From an uncultured Candidatus Actinomarina sp. (lineage in GTDB: Bacteria > Actinomycetota > Acidimicrobiia > Actinomarinales > Actinomarinaceae): a stretch of DNA of 64,000 bases. The stretch is taken from positions 53,554-117,553 of the forward strand of contig CACPJC010000004.1 in NCBI GenBank assembly GCA_902634185.1, given 5' to 3'. Numbering within the stretch: position 1 is the stretch's first letter; each line of letters starts with the position of its first letter. Position numbers and translations under genes: made by a program. This document shows positions 31,586 to 39,902 of this stretch, piece by piece. A model generated the notes under the pieces. The model ran no database searches. It was not told the origin of the DNA and saw nothing but the letters and a program-made list of their open reading frames with translations.

Positions 31586-32130
31586 TTCTTTATATATATT
31601 TTATAGAAATATTCTAAAGCTACAAAATAGTAAAATATCAAGGAAATTATTCCAAAATATAGGAAAAATATAGACTCAAACCCTGCATTTATTATGAAAA
31701 AACATATAGAAAAAAATATTAAAACTGTTCCTATTTTTCCATAATTAGATACAGACAATGTTTTAGTCTTTGTTAAAACATTTAAAGATCCAAGTACAAC
31801 TAAAAACTCTCTAAATATAACGCCATAAAAAAACCATGTAGGAAAAATGGATGATAGCCAAAAAATTAACAATATAAACACTATTCTGTCACACACAGGA
31901 TCAAGAATAGTTCCAAGCCTACTGACTAGATTGAACTTTCTTGCAACAATACCATCTAGAGAATCAGAGAGCCCTATTAGAGCAATGATTAAAACTAAAG
32001 TAGGTGTTTGAAAGTCATTAATTGATTGTTGAGAAAAAAGATAAATAGAAACAAATAACCGAGTTAATGTAATAAGATTTGGTAAAAGTAAAATATCTTT
32101 ATGAGTCAATAAAGAATTCCTTGGTATCAT
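31582..32130 (-). CDS. pgsA: CDP-alcohol phosphatidyltransferase
   Basis: It has the motif DSLDGIVARKFNLVSRLGTILDPVCDRI. The start is uncertain: ATG 32130, TTG 32109 or ATG 32175. Confidence 0.8.
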   Translation of the reverse strand: MIPRNSLLTHKDILLLPNLITLTRLFVSIYLFSQQSINDFQTPTLVLIIALIGLSDSLDGIVARKFNLVSRLGTILDPVCDRIVFILLIFWLSSIFPTWFFYGVIFREFLVVLGSLNVLTKTKTLSVSNYGKIGTVLIFFSICFFIINAGFESIFFLYFGIISLIFYYFVALEYFYKIYIKK

Positions 32131-33058
32131 GGGTAGCAACGAAATGTCCACCTCCAATATCAACCATCTTTTCATCAGGATTATTTGATATTATTTTATC
32201 AAGCTCATCAAAATTAATAAGATACTTTTCTCGATTAAATGAGGGATCGGGAATTGGAATTGATGAAATTAATCTTTTTGTATATGGATGTATTGGGTTT
32301 TGTAACAACTCTTCTGTCTCTGCAATTTCAACGATTTTGCCATTAAACATAACAGCAATTCTATTACACATATATCTTGCCACAGCCAGGTCATGTGTAA
32401 TGTATAAATATGATACTTCTAATTCTTTTGCGAGGTTTAACATAAGATCCATTATTGAAATTCTTATGGAGACATCTAACATTGATGTTGGCTCATCGCA
32501 TACTACAAACTTAGGTTTCATTACTAGTGTTCTTGCGATTGAAACTCTTTGTCTCTGTCCACCTGAAATTTCATGAGGGTATCTTCCAAGATAGTTTTCT
32601 GGTGGAGTCAAGCCTACTGTTCTTAAAATCTCAATAATTGCCTCTTCCCTTTCACTCAAAGATCCTATGTTATGAATATCAAGTGGCTCTTTAATAATAT
32701 CTTTTATTGTCCATCTGGGATTCAAAGATTCGTAAGGATCTTGAAAAATCATTTGTATATTTCTTCTAAAAGTCTTCAAACCGTCTTCATTGATATTATC
32801 AAATGACTCCATACTCTGAGAATCAGGATTATAAAAATTTATATTACCTGAAGTTTTTGGATCAAGTAAACATAAAGACCTTGCAGTAGTTGTTTTTCCA
32901 CAACCACTCTGACCAACCAAACCTAGGGTTTCTCCAGCCTTAATATCAAAACTTATACCGTCTACAGCTTTAACTATTTTTTTATTTCTAGAAAACAAAC
33001 TTTTAGAGACTTCAAAATGTTTTACTAGATTTCTTACTTCAATTAGATTATTAGCCAT
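32099..33058 (-). CDS. oppF: peptide ABC transporter ATP-binding protein (OppF/DppF-type)
   Basis: It has Walker A GQSGCGKTT, the signature ISGGQRQR, Walker B FVVCDEPTS, and the oligopeptide C-terminal extension. Confidence 0.9.
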   Translation of the reverse strand: MANNLIEVRNLVKHFEVSKSLFSRNKKIVKAVDGISFDIKAGETLGLVGQSGCGKTTTARSLCLLDPKTSGNINFYNPDSQSMESFDNINEDGLKTFRRNIQMIFQDPYESLNPRWTIKDIIKEPLDIHNIGSLSEREEAIIEILRTVGLTPPENYLGRYPHEISGGQRQRVSIARTLVMKPKFVVCDEPTSMLDVSIRISIMDLMLNLAKELEVSYLYITHDLAVARYMCNRIAVMFNGKIVEIAETEELLQNPIHPYTKRLISSIPIPDPSFNREKYLINFDELDKIISNNPDEKMVDIGGGHFVATHDTKEFFIDS

Positions 33059-33064
33059 TTTAAA

Positions 33065-34033
33065 TTATTTTCCTTGACTACATATATCGGCAAAGTGATC
33101 TGGGTTCACTTCTACTAACCGCATGTGTTCAGAAGGATTACATTCTGTATCTCTATTTGGACATCTAGGAGCAAATGAGCATCCTTCAATTTTATTTATA
33201 AGACTTGGTGGTTCACCATCTAGTGATTTTAATTTTTTCTTTTCACCTCTTATTGAAGGTGTTGAGTCTAATAAAGCTCTTGTATAGGAATGAATTGGGT
33301 TTTTAAAAACATCTTTTGTTGGGCCCATTTCTACAATTGATCCAGCATACATAACGGCTATTTTGTCAGTCATTTCAGCAATAACTGCAATATCATGAGA
33401 AATATAAATTAAGCTTAAACCTAATAAATCTTGAACCTTTTTTATTTCATTTAGAATTTGGTCTTGTATAACTACGTCGAGTGCAGTTGTTGGTTCATCT
33501 GCAATTATAATTTTTGGATCACAGGACAAAGCCAATGCAATTACAGCTCTTTGTTTCATACCTCCAGATAATTCATGGGGATACCTATCTGTGGTTGACT
33601 CGTCCAGCCCAACCATCCTAAATAATTCAATAATCTTATTCATGTTTTCTTGTTTTGTGTTTTCGGGATAATGCTCTCTCATAGCTTCCCTAATTTGTTC
33701 TCCGATTTTAATTACGGGATTCCACGCATTCATAGCGCCCTGAAAAACGATACTAATACTGTCCCATCTAACTTTCCTTAGATCATTTTCAGACAAACCA
33801 ATTAATTCTTTACCATCAAGCTTTATACTTCCCTGTGTTATAACAGAATTATCAGGCTGAAGTTGTAACAAAGTCATGGCTACAGAAGTTTTTCCACATC
33901 CAGATTCTCCAACAAGACCAAAAGATTCACCACTTTTTACTTCAAAAGAGATATTCTTGACAGCATCAACATTGCCTTCCATAGTGTCATAATGCATTGA
34001 TAAATTTTTAACTTCAAGCAATGCTTTACTCAT
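33065..34033 (-). CDS. oppD: peptide ABC transporter ATP-binding protein (OppD/DppD-type)
   Basis: It has GESGCGKTS, LSGGMKQR and IIADEPTTALD. A C-terminal Cys cluster (CSFAPRCP...C) is present. Confidence 0.9.
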   Translation of the reverse strand: MSKALLEVKNLSMHYDTMEGNVDAVKNISFEVKSGESFGLVGESGCGKTSVAMTLLQLQPDNSVITQGSIKLDGKELIGLSENDLRKVRWDSISIVFQGAMNAWNPVIKIGEQIREAMREHYPENTKQENMNKIIELFRMVGLDESTTDRYPHELSGGMKQRAVIALALSCDPKIIIADEPTTALDVVIQDQILNEIKKVQDLLGLSLIYISHDIAVIAEMTDKIAVMYAGSIVEMGPTKDVFKNPIHSYTRALLDSTPSIRGEKKKLKSLDGEPPSLINKIEGCSFAPRCPNRDTECNPSEHMRLVEVNPDHFADICSQGK

Positions 34034-35097
34034 TAGCGCCTTCTCAACCTTGGATTAAATACATCATCTAGACCTCTACCTACTAAGTAAAATCCTCCAG
34101 CAAGTAACGTTACTGATAATCCAGCAGGTAAAATTAACCACCAATATTTAAGTCCTGTAAAAATAAAGCCTTCTGCTTGTGCTAAATAAATCATTATTCC
34201 CCAGCTCATATCAATATTTAATAAACCAAGGAAAGATAAAACACTTTCAGATGCTATTGCCCCGGTGACGCTAAATACCATAAAGAGTAAAGCAAGTGGT
34301 GCTACATTCGGAAGAATATGAGAAAACATTATTCTTCTTTTGCTACCACCAGTAATCCTTGCTGAGTCAACAAATGGCTTAACTTTCACTTGTAGAGCTT
34401 GTGATTTTACAGTAATAACTGAGCCGCCCAAACCACCAATGGTCCCTAGTACTACAGCTAAATGCCATATTTGTAGCTCAGCAAATGCAGATATAATAAA
34501 TAAGAATGGCAATGTCGGGAGCATTAGAACTAAGTCAGATTGCCTCATTAGATAAGTATCTAATACCCCACCATAAAAAGCTGCAGCGGTTCCTAAAAGT
34601 GTTGAGATACCAACACCTATAATTGCACTTATTAATCCTAATACAAAAGCAACTTGGCTACCCTCCATGATTTGAGAGAATATATCTCTACCTAAAGAGT
34701 CTGTACCAAGTATATGTCTACTTGAAGGAGGTGCTGGCTGAACATTTGATTCATAAATTTCACCTACTTCGCCTTCAATATTGAATGCTTTCAAGTACCG
34801 AATGTTGACTTCGTCGACACGAGGACAGTCTCCCTCTTGTTGATATTCTTTTGTAGGATATTGTGTAGGACATTCAACAATTGTTCGTCCGATTTTTTCA
34901 GCATCATAACCAACTACAGGATGGTAAATGCCTTCATCCCAAATCCCAGTAAGGAACAACATAGGCTGCAATATTGACAAAAAACCAAAGAAAATAACAA
35001 TACCTAAACCAGTCATCCCAAGTCTGCTTTGTTTAAACAATCTCCAATTTTTTTTAATAGTTGCTTTTATATCTCTGTCAAAATTCTCGTTTTCCAT
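34033..35097 (-). CDS. oppC: peptide ABC transporter permease (OppC/DppC-type)
   Basis: It is a polytopic protein with an EAA-like loop (SARITGGSKRRIMFSHILPN). Confidence 0.9.
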   Translation of the reverse strand: MENENFDRDIKATIKKNWRLFKQSRLGMTGLGIVIFFGFLSILQPMLFLTGIWDEGIYHPVVGYDAEKIGRTIVECPTQYPTKEYQQEGDCPRVDEVNIRYLKAFNIEGEVGEIYESNVQPAPPSSRHILGTDSLGRDIFSQIMEGSQVAFVLGLISAIIGVGISTLLGTAAAFYGGVLDTYLMRQSDLVLMLPTLPFLFIISAFAELQIWHLAVVLGTIGGLGGSVITVKSQALQVKVKPFVDSARITGGSKRRIMFSHILPNVAPLALLFMVFSVTGAIASESVLSFLGLLNIDMSWGIMIYLAQAEGFIFTGLKYWWLILPAGLSVTLLAGGFYLVGRGLDDVFNPRLRRR

Positions 35098-35098
35098 G

Positions 35099-36271
35099 TT
35101 AGTTTTCCGCCTTAACTCTTATACGTGGATCAAGGAAAGCATATGATACATCTGCTATGAAATGAGCAATTAAAGCTAATATTCCAATAAATGAAAATGA
35201 TGCCATTGCAAGAGGGATATCTTCCCTAGTAACTGCTTCAAGTATAAGTTGACCCATGCCAGGCCATGAAAAAATTGATTCAGTCAATACTGAACCATCG
35301 ATGATTGTAATTATGGTAAAGATAAAAGATGTAACTACAGGTAATAGAGCTGTTCTCGCAGCATGTCTATCCCTAATTCTTTTTTGACTAAGACCTTTTG
35401 CTCTTGCAGTAAGAATATAATCGTCTTTTAGTACCTCCATCATTGTTGTACGTGTTAATAAGGCAGTACCCGCGAACGCAACTAAAGTGACAGTAAATGT
35501 CGGCAAAATCATATGAAAAGCAATGTCAGCTGCATAAAATCTTTTTAACGATGCTTCACCATTACTCCAGTAAATAGATGCTAAAACTAATAGAAATAAT
35601 AAACCTACAATTCTTGCATTTCGTCTATTCTCTAAGGATTCGATATTTCTTGTGAAAATAAAAACTAAAAATAATAAGAAGGAACTGATTGTTGTAAACA
35701 AAATTAATGTATAGAAGATTTCATCACTTGAATATGGCGAATCGTACCATTTTTCAGGGACTAAAAATTTACCAAGCGGAAACCAGTTCATTTTATATCC
35801 AAAAAACCATAGCATCATTAAAGCGAACCAAGGGTAAAAAACAGTATAAGAAAATACGGAACCAATAGTTATCCATGTTTCGGATTTTGAACCCCTCCTC
35901 CACGCTAGGACTTTACCAACTAAAAACCCTGAATAAAATGCTATAACATTAACAATTGAAAACAACATTAATGTCCTGGGGAGTCTTTCTGCAATAACTT
36001 CAATTGGAGAACGTGGATAGTAAATGTATGAATATCCAAAATCACCTTTGAAAAAATTAATTATATAAAGCTGTACTCGTTCAAATAAAGGTTTATCGAG
36101 TCCAAATAATTCAATTGTGCGCTGGTAGGTCTCAGGTGGTAATAATGGGTTTAATAATAAACTTGAAAATGCATTACCAGGTATTGCATTAAATAAAAGA
36201 TAAGAGATTATAAGAAAAAGAAAAAATACAATAATCATTTCAAAAAATCTTTTTATAGTGTAAATTAACAT
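35099..36271 (-). CDS. oppB: peptide ABC transporter permease (OppB/DppB-type)
   Basis: It has the MLIYTIKRF N-terminus and an EAA loop (TARAKGLSQKRIRDRHAARTALLPV). A GAGGA SD lies upstream. Confidence 0.9.
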   Translation of the reverse strand: MLIYTIKRFFEMIIVFFLFLIISYLLFNAIPGNAFSSLLLNPLLPPETYQRTIELFGLDKPLFERVQLYIINFFKGDFGYSYIYYPRSPIEVIAERLPRTLMLFSIVNVIAFYSGFLVGKVLAWRRGSKSETWITIGSVFSYTVFYPWFALMMLWFFGYKMNWFPLGKFLVPEKWYDSPYSSDEIFYTLILFTTISSFLLFLVFIFTRNIESLENRRNARIVGLLFLLVLASIYWSNGEASLKRFYAADIAFHMILPTFTVTLVAFAGTALLTRTTMMEVLKDDYILTARAKGLSQKRIRDRHAARTALLPVVTSFIFTIITIIDGSVLTESIFSWPGMGQLILEAVTREDIPLAMASFSFIGILALIAHFIADVSYAFLDPRIRVKAEN

Positions 36272-36316
36272 ATTTCCTCTTTAATTTTAAAAGTGACTCT
36301 ACATAAATATTAAATG

Positions 36317-36342
36317 AAAAGTGGGTATTTCTACCCACTTTT
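36317..36342 (-). terminator. intercistronic stem-loop / partial terminator between oppA and oppB
   Basis: On the minus strand the sequence is AAAAGTGGGTA-gaaa-TACCCACTTTT followed by CATTTAATATTT. Confidence 0.5.
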
Positions 36343-36360
36343 CAATTCTATTGTTAACTT

Positions 36361-38352
36361 CTATTTGTTAACTTTTACACTACCAGGTAAACCATAAAGG
36401 TTTGACATAGCACCTAGAACTTCTGTGTAAGGAAATTCTATGTTATTTCTGTATGCCTCAATCAATGGTGGTGTAAATAATACTAAATATGGAAGATCTT
36501 CAAATAAGATTGTTTCCATTTTTTTAGCAACTACTTGTGCTTCACCGACTGATTTTGCTGCATTAAATTCTTCTGCTAAGGCATCATACTCTGGATTACT
36601 GTATCCAGGTGTATTCAAACCACCAGCACATGCATCTGCGTCAGTCTCGAAAAAGTCAACTATATGATCAGGATAAGGTGTTAATCCCCAACCTAACATA
36701 TACATAAACCATTCATCACAAGTCTCTGGATCAAGTATAAGGTCAACAATAATGCTAAAACCAGTAGGTCTAGCAACTGCATCAATACCTAATTGCTGCA
36801 TCCAGTCAGCAATAAATAGTGAGAATGTTGATCTTATTGGATCATATCCGGCAGATGGTGCATAAAGCAACATATCTGAAGGCATTGCTTCTCCATTTGG
36901 ACCTCTAAGATTAGTAGGTGCAATAGCTCTTTCAGCTCCACCTGGGTGTGATCCCCAGTCATCAGCTTGCCATCCAGCATCTTGAAGGATGCTAATTGAC
37001 TTGTTCCATCTTTCTTCAAAGTTCATGCCATTACATTCGGCTAGAACTCCTTGAACTGGAGATACCCATGATGTTAATGCAGGTGGCATAACGCCATCCA
37101 TATTGATCACAGCTCCAGCAAGAATACTTTCGATAATGTAGTCTTTATCGACAATACATGCGACTGCTTGTCTAAAAGCCTGATTATCTGTAGGGAACTT
37201 ACCTGCTCTTGTGTTAAAGGCCAAGTATCTAAAACCATTTGATTGGTTTGTAATAACTTCTACATCGCCTTGTGCGATTAATGCTTCAAGTGCATTTCTC
37301 TTTAATCCAAGTGGATTAAGAACAAAATCTACTTCACCGCTTTGGAAAGCTAAGTATGCAGCATCTTGATCACCATAAAGTGAGAATTCAACTGTACCAA
37401 CGTACGGACCGTCAGTCCAAGAAATTGAATCTCCACTTAAGTCACCAAACTCATATGAAACTTTTGGTGCAACTCCATTATCTAAGTTATAAGAAACACC
37501 ACCATTTGCGTAAACAGTGTTGTCTCCACCAAAATACATTGTGTCTGAGTCATATTCCCATGTATAGAATGCTCCTTTTTCAAGAGTTCCATATTCAAAT
37601 GCACCAGCAACTGGTACACCATCCACAGGAGCAGCTAATAAAGTTTCTCTATCAGTTGCGTATTGTGACCAATAATGTTCTGCAACAAAAGATGCACTAG
37701 CAACACCGTATTGCCATATAGACAATCCTGGGTCAAAGTTAAATGTTATTTTAACTGTATAGTCATCAATTGCTTCGATGTTAGTAAGACCTTGTGAAAC
37801 AGTTCCATCTTCTCTTTCAGTAGCTAATGGATAACTATTAGTCCAACCACCTAACATTCCTAGATCTCTAACGGTTTCAAAAGTGAATACCATATCGTTA
37901 GCATCTATAGCTTCGCCATCACTCCATTTAAATCCTTGGTGCATCGGAACAGTGTAACTAAAAGTTCCGTCTCCATTATCAACGGAAGTTTCTACTAATT
38001 CAGATGCCATGTTAGTGACTAACGTATAGCTAGGATAGTTTGTTCCAAACAAACTTGTTGCTTGGGGACTTAAAGTTGCAAAAGTCCAATAGTCTTGCTG
38101 CACATCGACAGCGTCCCAAATATTGAAGCCTTGTGAATCAGAATAGATACCCATTTTAAATACACCTTCAGGTGCATTAGAGACTTCTTCAACTTCTGCT
38201 GCAGTAGTTGCAGGAGCAGCTTCTTCAGCTACTTCCTCTTCAACAACTGTTTCTTCTTCAACTGCATCGCCACCACAGGCAACAACAATCATTGCAAAAA
38301 TTGAGAAAAGTACAATAAATTTGTATCTAACTGAGCCCTTATAATTACTCAA
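36361..38352 (-). CDS. oppA: peptide ABC transporter substrate-binding lipoprotein (family 5)
   Basis: It has a TTG start 5 nt after AAAGGAG, a signal peptide with lipobox VVAC, an acidic linker, and then an SBP family 5 body. Confidence 0.9.
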   Translation of the reverse strand: MSNYKGSVRYKFIVLFSIFAMIVVACGGDAVEEETVVEEEVAEEAAPATTAAEVEEVSNAPEGVFKMGIYSDSQGFNIWDAVDVQQDYWTFATLSPQATSLFGTNYPSYTLVTNMASELVETSVDNGDGTFSYTVPMHQGFKWSDGEAIDANDMVFTFETVRDLGMLGGWTNSYPLATEREDGTVSQGLTNIEAIDDYTVKITFNFDPGLSIWQYGVASASFVAEHYWSQYATDRETLLAAPVDGVPVAGAFEYGTLEKGAFYTWEYDSDTMYFGGDNTVYANGGVSYNLDNGVAPKVSYEFGDLSGDSISWTDGPYVGTVEFSLYGDQDAAYLAFQSGEVDFVLNPLGLKRNALEALIAQGDVEVITNQSNGFRYLAFNTRAGKFPTDNQAFRQAVACIVDKDYIIESILAGAVINMDGVMPPALTSWVSPVQGVLAECNGMNFEERWNKSISILQDAGWQADDWGSHPGGAERAIAPTNLRGPNGEAMPSDMLLYAPSAGYDPIRSTFSLFIADWMQQLGIDAVARPTGFSIIVDLILDPETCDEWFMYMLGWGLTPYPDHIVDFFETDADACAGGLNTPGYSNPEYDALAEEFNAAKSVGEAQVVAKKMETILFEDLPYLVLFTPPLIEAYRNNIEFPYTEVLGAMSNLYGLPGSVKVNK

Positions 38353-38370
38353 TATTTCTCCTTTTTGTAT

Positions 38371-38397
38371 ACAAAAAATCCACTTAAAAAAGTGGAT
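38371..38397 (-). promoter_or_regulatory. 5'-leader stem-loop of oppA (terminator-like)
   Basis: On the minus strand ATCCACTT-tttt-AAGTGGAT is followed by TTTTTGT. It lies between the candidate promoter and the oppA SD. Confidence 0.5.
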
Positions 38398-38403
38398 AAA
38401 CAT

Positions 38404-38431
38404 ATAGTAGGTATGAATTATGTGATATCAA
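38404..38431 (-). promoter_or_regulatory. candidate oppA promoter
   Basis: On the minus strand TTGATA, a 16-nt spacer and TACTAT are present. The predicted TSS coincides with the 5' base of the leader hairpin. Confidence 0.4.
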
Positions 38432-38475
38432 CATATAATTAAATTTTATTTATACATCTAGTTGATAAAAAAGAT

Positions 38476-38574
38476 CTAATTGTTTAAGAAAATAGTAATT
38501 ATTACCTGATAAATTCTTATAACCAAGTAAAAACCAAAGAAGAAGACACCAATTTTAAAACCAAAATTTTCCAT
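38476..38574 (-). CDS. possible 32-aa hydrophobic peptide immediately after der
   Basis: The ATG directly follows the der TAA. The sequence is MENFGFKIGVFFFGFYLVIRIYQVIITIFLNN. It is below the ORF-track cut-off and has no homology support. Confidence 0.2.
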   Translation of the reverse strand: MENFGFKIGVFFFGFYLVIRIYQVIITIFLNN

Positions 38575-39876
38575 TTAAATTTTTACCTTAATTTTTAAAG
38601 CTACATTTTTAAAATTATGGTCACTTCTTAACTTATTTTCGATAAAAGAAATATAGTTTTTAGGAATTCTAGAACTTAAATTAAGAGAAAATGAAGGGGG
38701 TTGAGTATCGTATTGTGTTACATATTTTAGTTTTGCCCTTCTGCCTCTAAAAGGATGAGGAGGATTTGCAACCCATAATTCCCTAAAATATAGATTTAAA
38801 TCAGAAGTATCTATTCTATTTTCTAATTGTGAGATGATTTCATCTAACGTGGCTGAAAATTTGTTTAGGCCTTTTTTTGTTAATGCAGAAATTCTTATTA
38901 TTTTTAACCAAGTAAATTTTTTAAGTTGAATTTTTATGTTTGAATTAATTCTATCCTTATCTTCTTCACTAAGAAGATCCCATTTATTAAGAATAAGAAT
39001 AGGTGTGCAGAAATTTTCTACCGATTCATTGATTAACCGTAAATCTTCAAAATTTATACCTTCACTTGAGTCAATAACAATAAAAGAGACTAATGAACTA
39101 TCCAATGTGCTTAATGATAACTTTGAAGCATAACGATCAATCTGATCTTTTTGTTTTTTTCTAGGGACACCTGCAGTATCAATAATATTAAATAATTTAT
39201 CATCGAATACTACCTCTTCACTTACAGAATCTCTTGTTGTTCCTGGTTTATTTGAAACAACTGATCTTTCTCTATCTAAAAAAGCATTAAATAGTGTTGA
39301 TTTTCCTGAATTTGGTTTTCCAATTATCGAAATAGCATTCCTATTTTTAACAACACCATTTATTTCCTTACCTGAAAATTTAATTAAGTTATCTAATAAT
39401 TCATCAGTGCCAATTTTGTGATATCCAGAAATAAAAGTTTCTTTGCCGTATATATATTTGAACATCCTTTTATCAAGGTCGTAATGATTAAAATTTTCAC
39501 ATTTGTTAAAAACTGTTGTTGTTTTAGTCTCAACTTTAACAAGTTGTAATAGGTTGTTTATTTTATCCAGACCACTAAAGTTTTTAGAATTTATATCAAT
39601 CACAAACAATATTCGATCTGCATCTTTCAAAAATTGTTGTAGTTTGTTTTGAAAAGCTATATTAAAGTCATCAGGATTATCATCAAAACCTGGCAAATCT
39701 GACAATATTATTTGTTTATTGTTTAGTTCTAAGTAAGTACTTATTTTATCTCTAGTCGTATTTGGTTCAGAACCAACAATAGAACTTTTTGTGTTTGTAA
39801 GTGAATTTATTAGTGTAGATTTACCTGAATTAGGTAAACCAATTAATATCACTTCATTTTTTTTATTTTCGTTCAT
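38575..39876 (-). CDS. der: ribosome-associated GTPase Der (EngA)
   Basis: It has two G domains (GLPNSGKST and GKPNSGKST) and a C-terminal KH-like domain. It sits after cmk. Confidence 0.95.
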   Translation of the reverse strand: MNENKKNEVILIGLPNSGKSTLINSLTNTKSSIVGSEPNTTRDKISTYLELNNKQIILSDLPGFDDNPDDFNIAFQNKLQQFLKDADRILFVIDINSKNFSGLDKINNLLQLVKVETKTTTVFNKCENFNHYDLDKRMFKYIYGKETFISGYHKIGTDELLDNLIKFSGKEINGVVKNRNAISIIGKPNSGKSTLFNAFLDRERSVVSNKPGTTRDSVSEEVVFDDKLFNIIDTAGVPRKKQKDQIDRYASKLSLSTLDSSLVSFIVIDSSEGINFEDLRLINESVENFCTPILILNKWDLLSEEDKDRINSNIKIQLKKFTWLKIIRISALTKKGLNKFSATLDEIISQLENRIDTSDLNLYFRELWVANPPHPFRGRRAKLKYVTQYDTQPPSFSLNLSSRIPKNYISFIENKLRSDHNFKNVALKIKVKI

Positions 39877-39882
39877 ATTTTA

Positions 39883-39888
39883 AATATA
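39883..39888 (-). promoter_or_regulatory. candidate -10 box (TATATT) of a leaderless promoter for der
   Basis: The TANNNT hexamer sits at -12..-7 of the ATG at 39876, inside a 26-bp divergent gap. Confidence 0.4.
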
Positions 39889-39890
39889 GC

Positions 39891-39896
39891 TAATCT
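39891..39896 (+). promoter_or_regulatory. candidate -10 box (TAATCT) of a leaderless promoter for ispH
   Basis: The TANNNT hexamer sits at -12..-7 of the ATG at 39903, inside the same 26-bp gap. Confidence 0.4.
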
Positions 39897-39902
39897 TATT
39901 TT

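Noticed and set aside
32079-32576. A 165-aa ORF on the plus strand
   Set aside because: It is antisense to oppF, whose frame carries unambiguous Walker A, signature and Walker B motifs, and to the pgsA start region. It has no recognisable motifs and is a typical shadow ORF.
37356-37700. A 114-aa His/Gln/Leu-rich ORF on the plus strand
   Set aside because: It is antisense to the well-supported oppA frame. Its low-complexity composition is produced by the complementary codon bias.
36361-38352. The visibly higher G+C of oppA (and of the rrn operon) as a sign of horizontal transfer
   Set aside because: For the rRNA, structural constraints explain the composition. For oppA, the Ala, Gly, Glu and Val-rich amino-acid composition and probable high expression explain it. 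oppA is embedded in a normal opp operon with native-looking signals.
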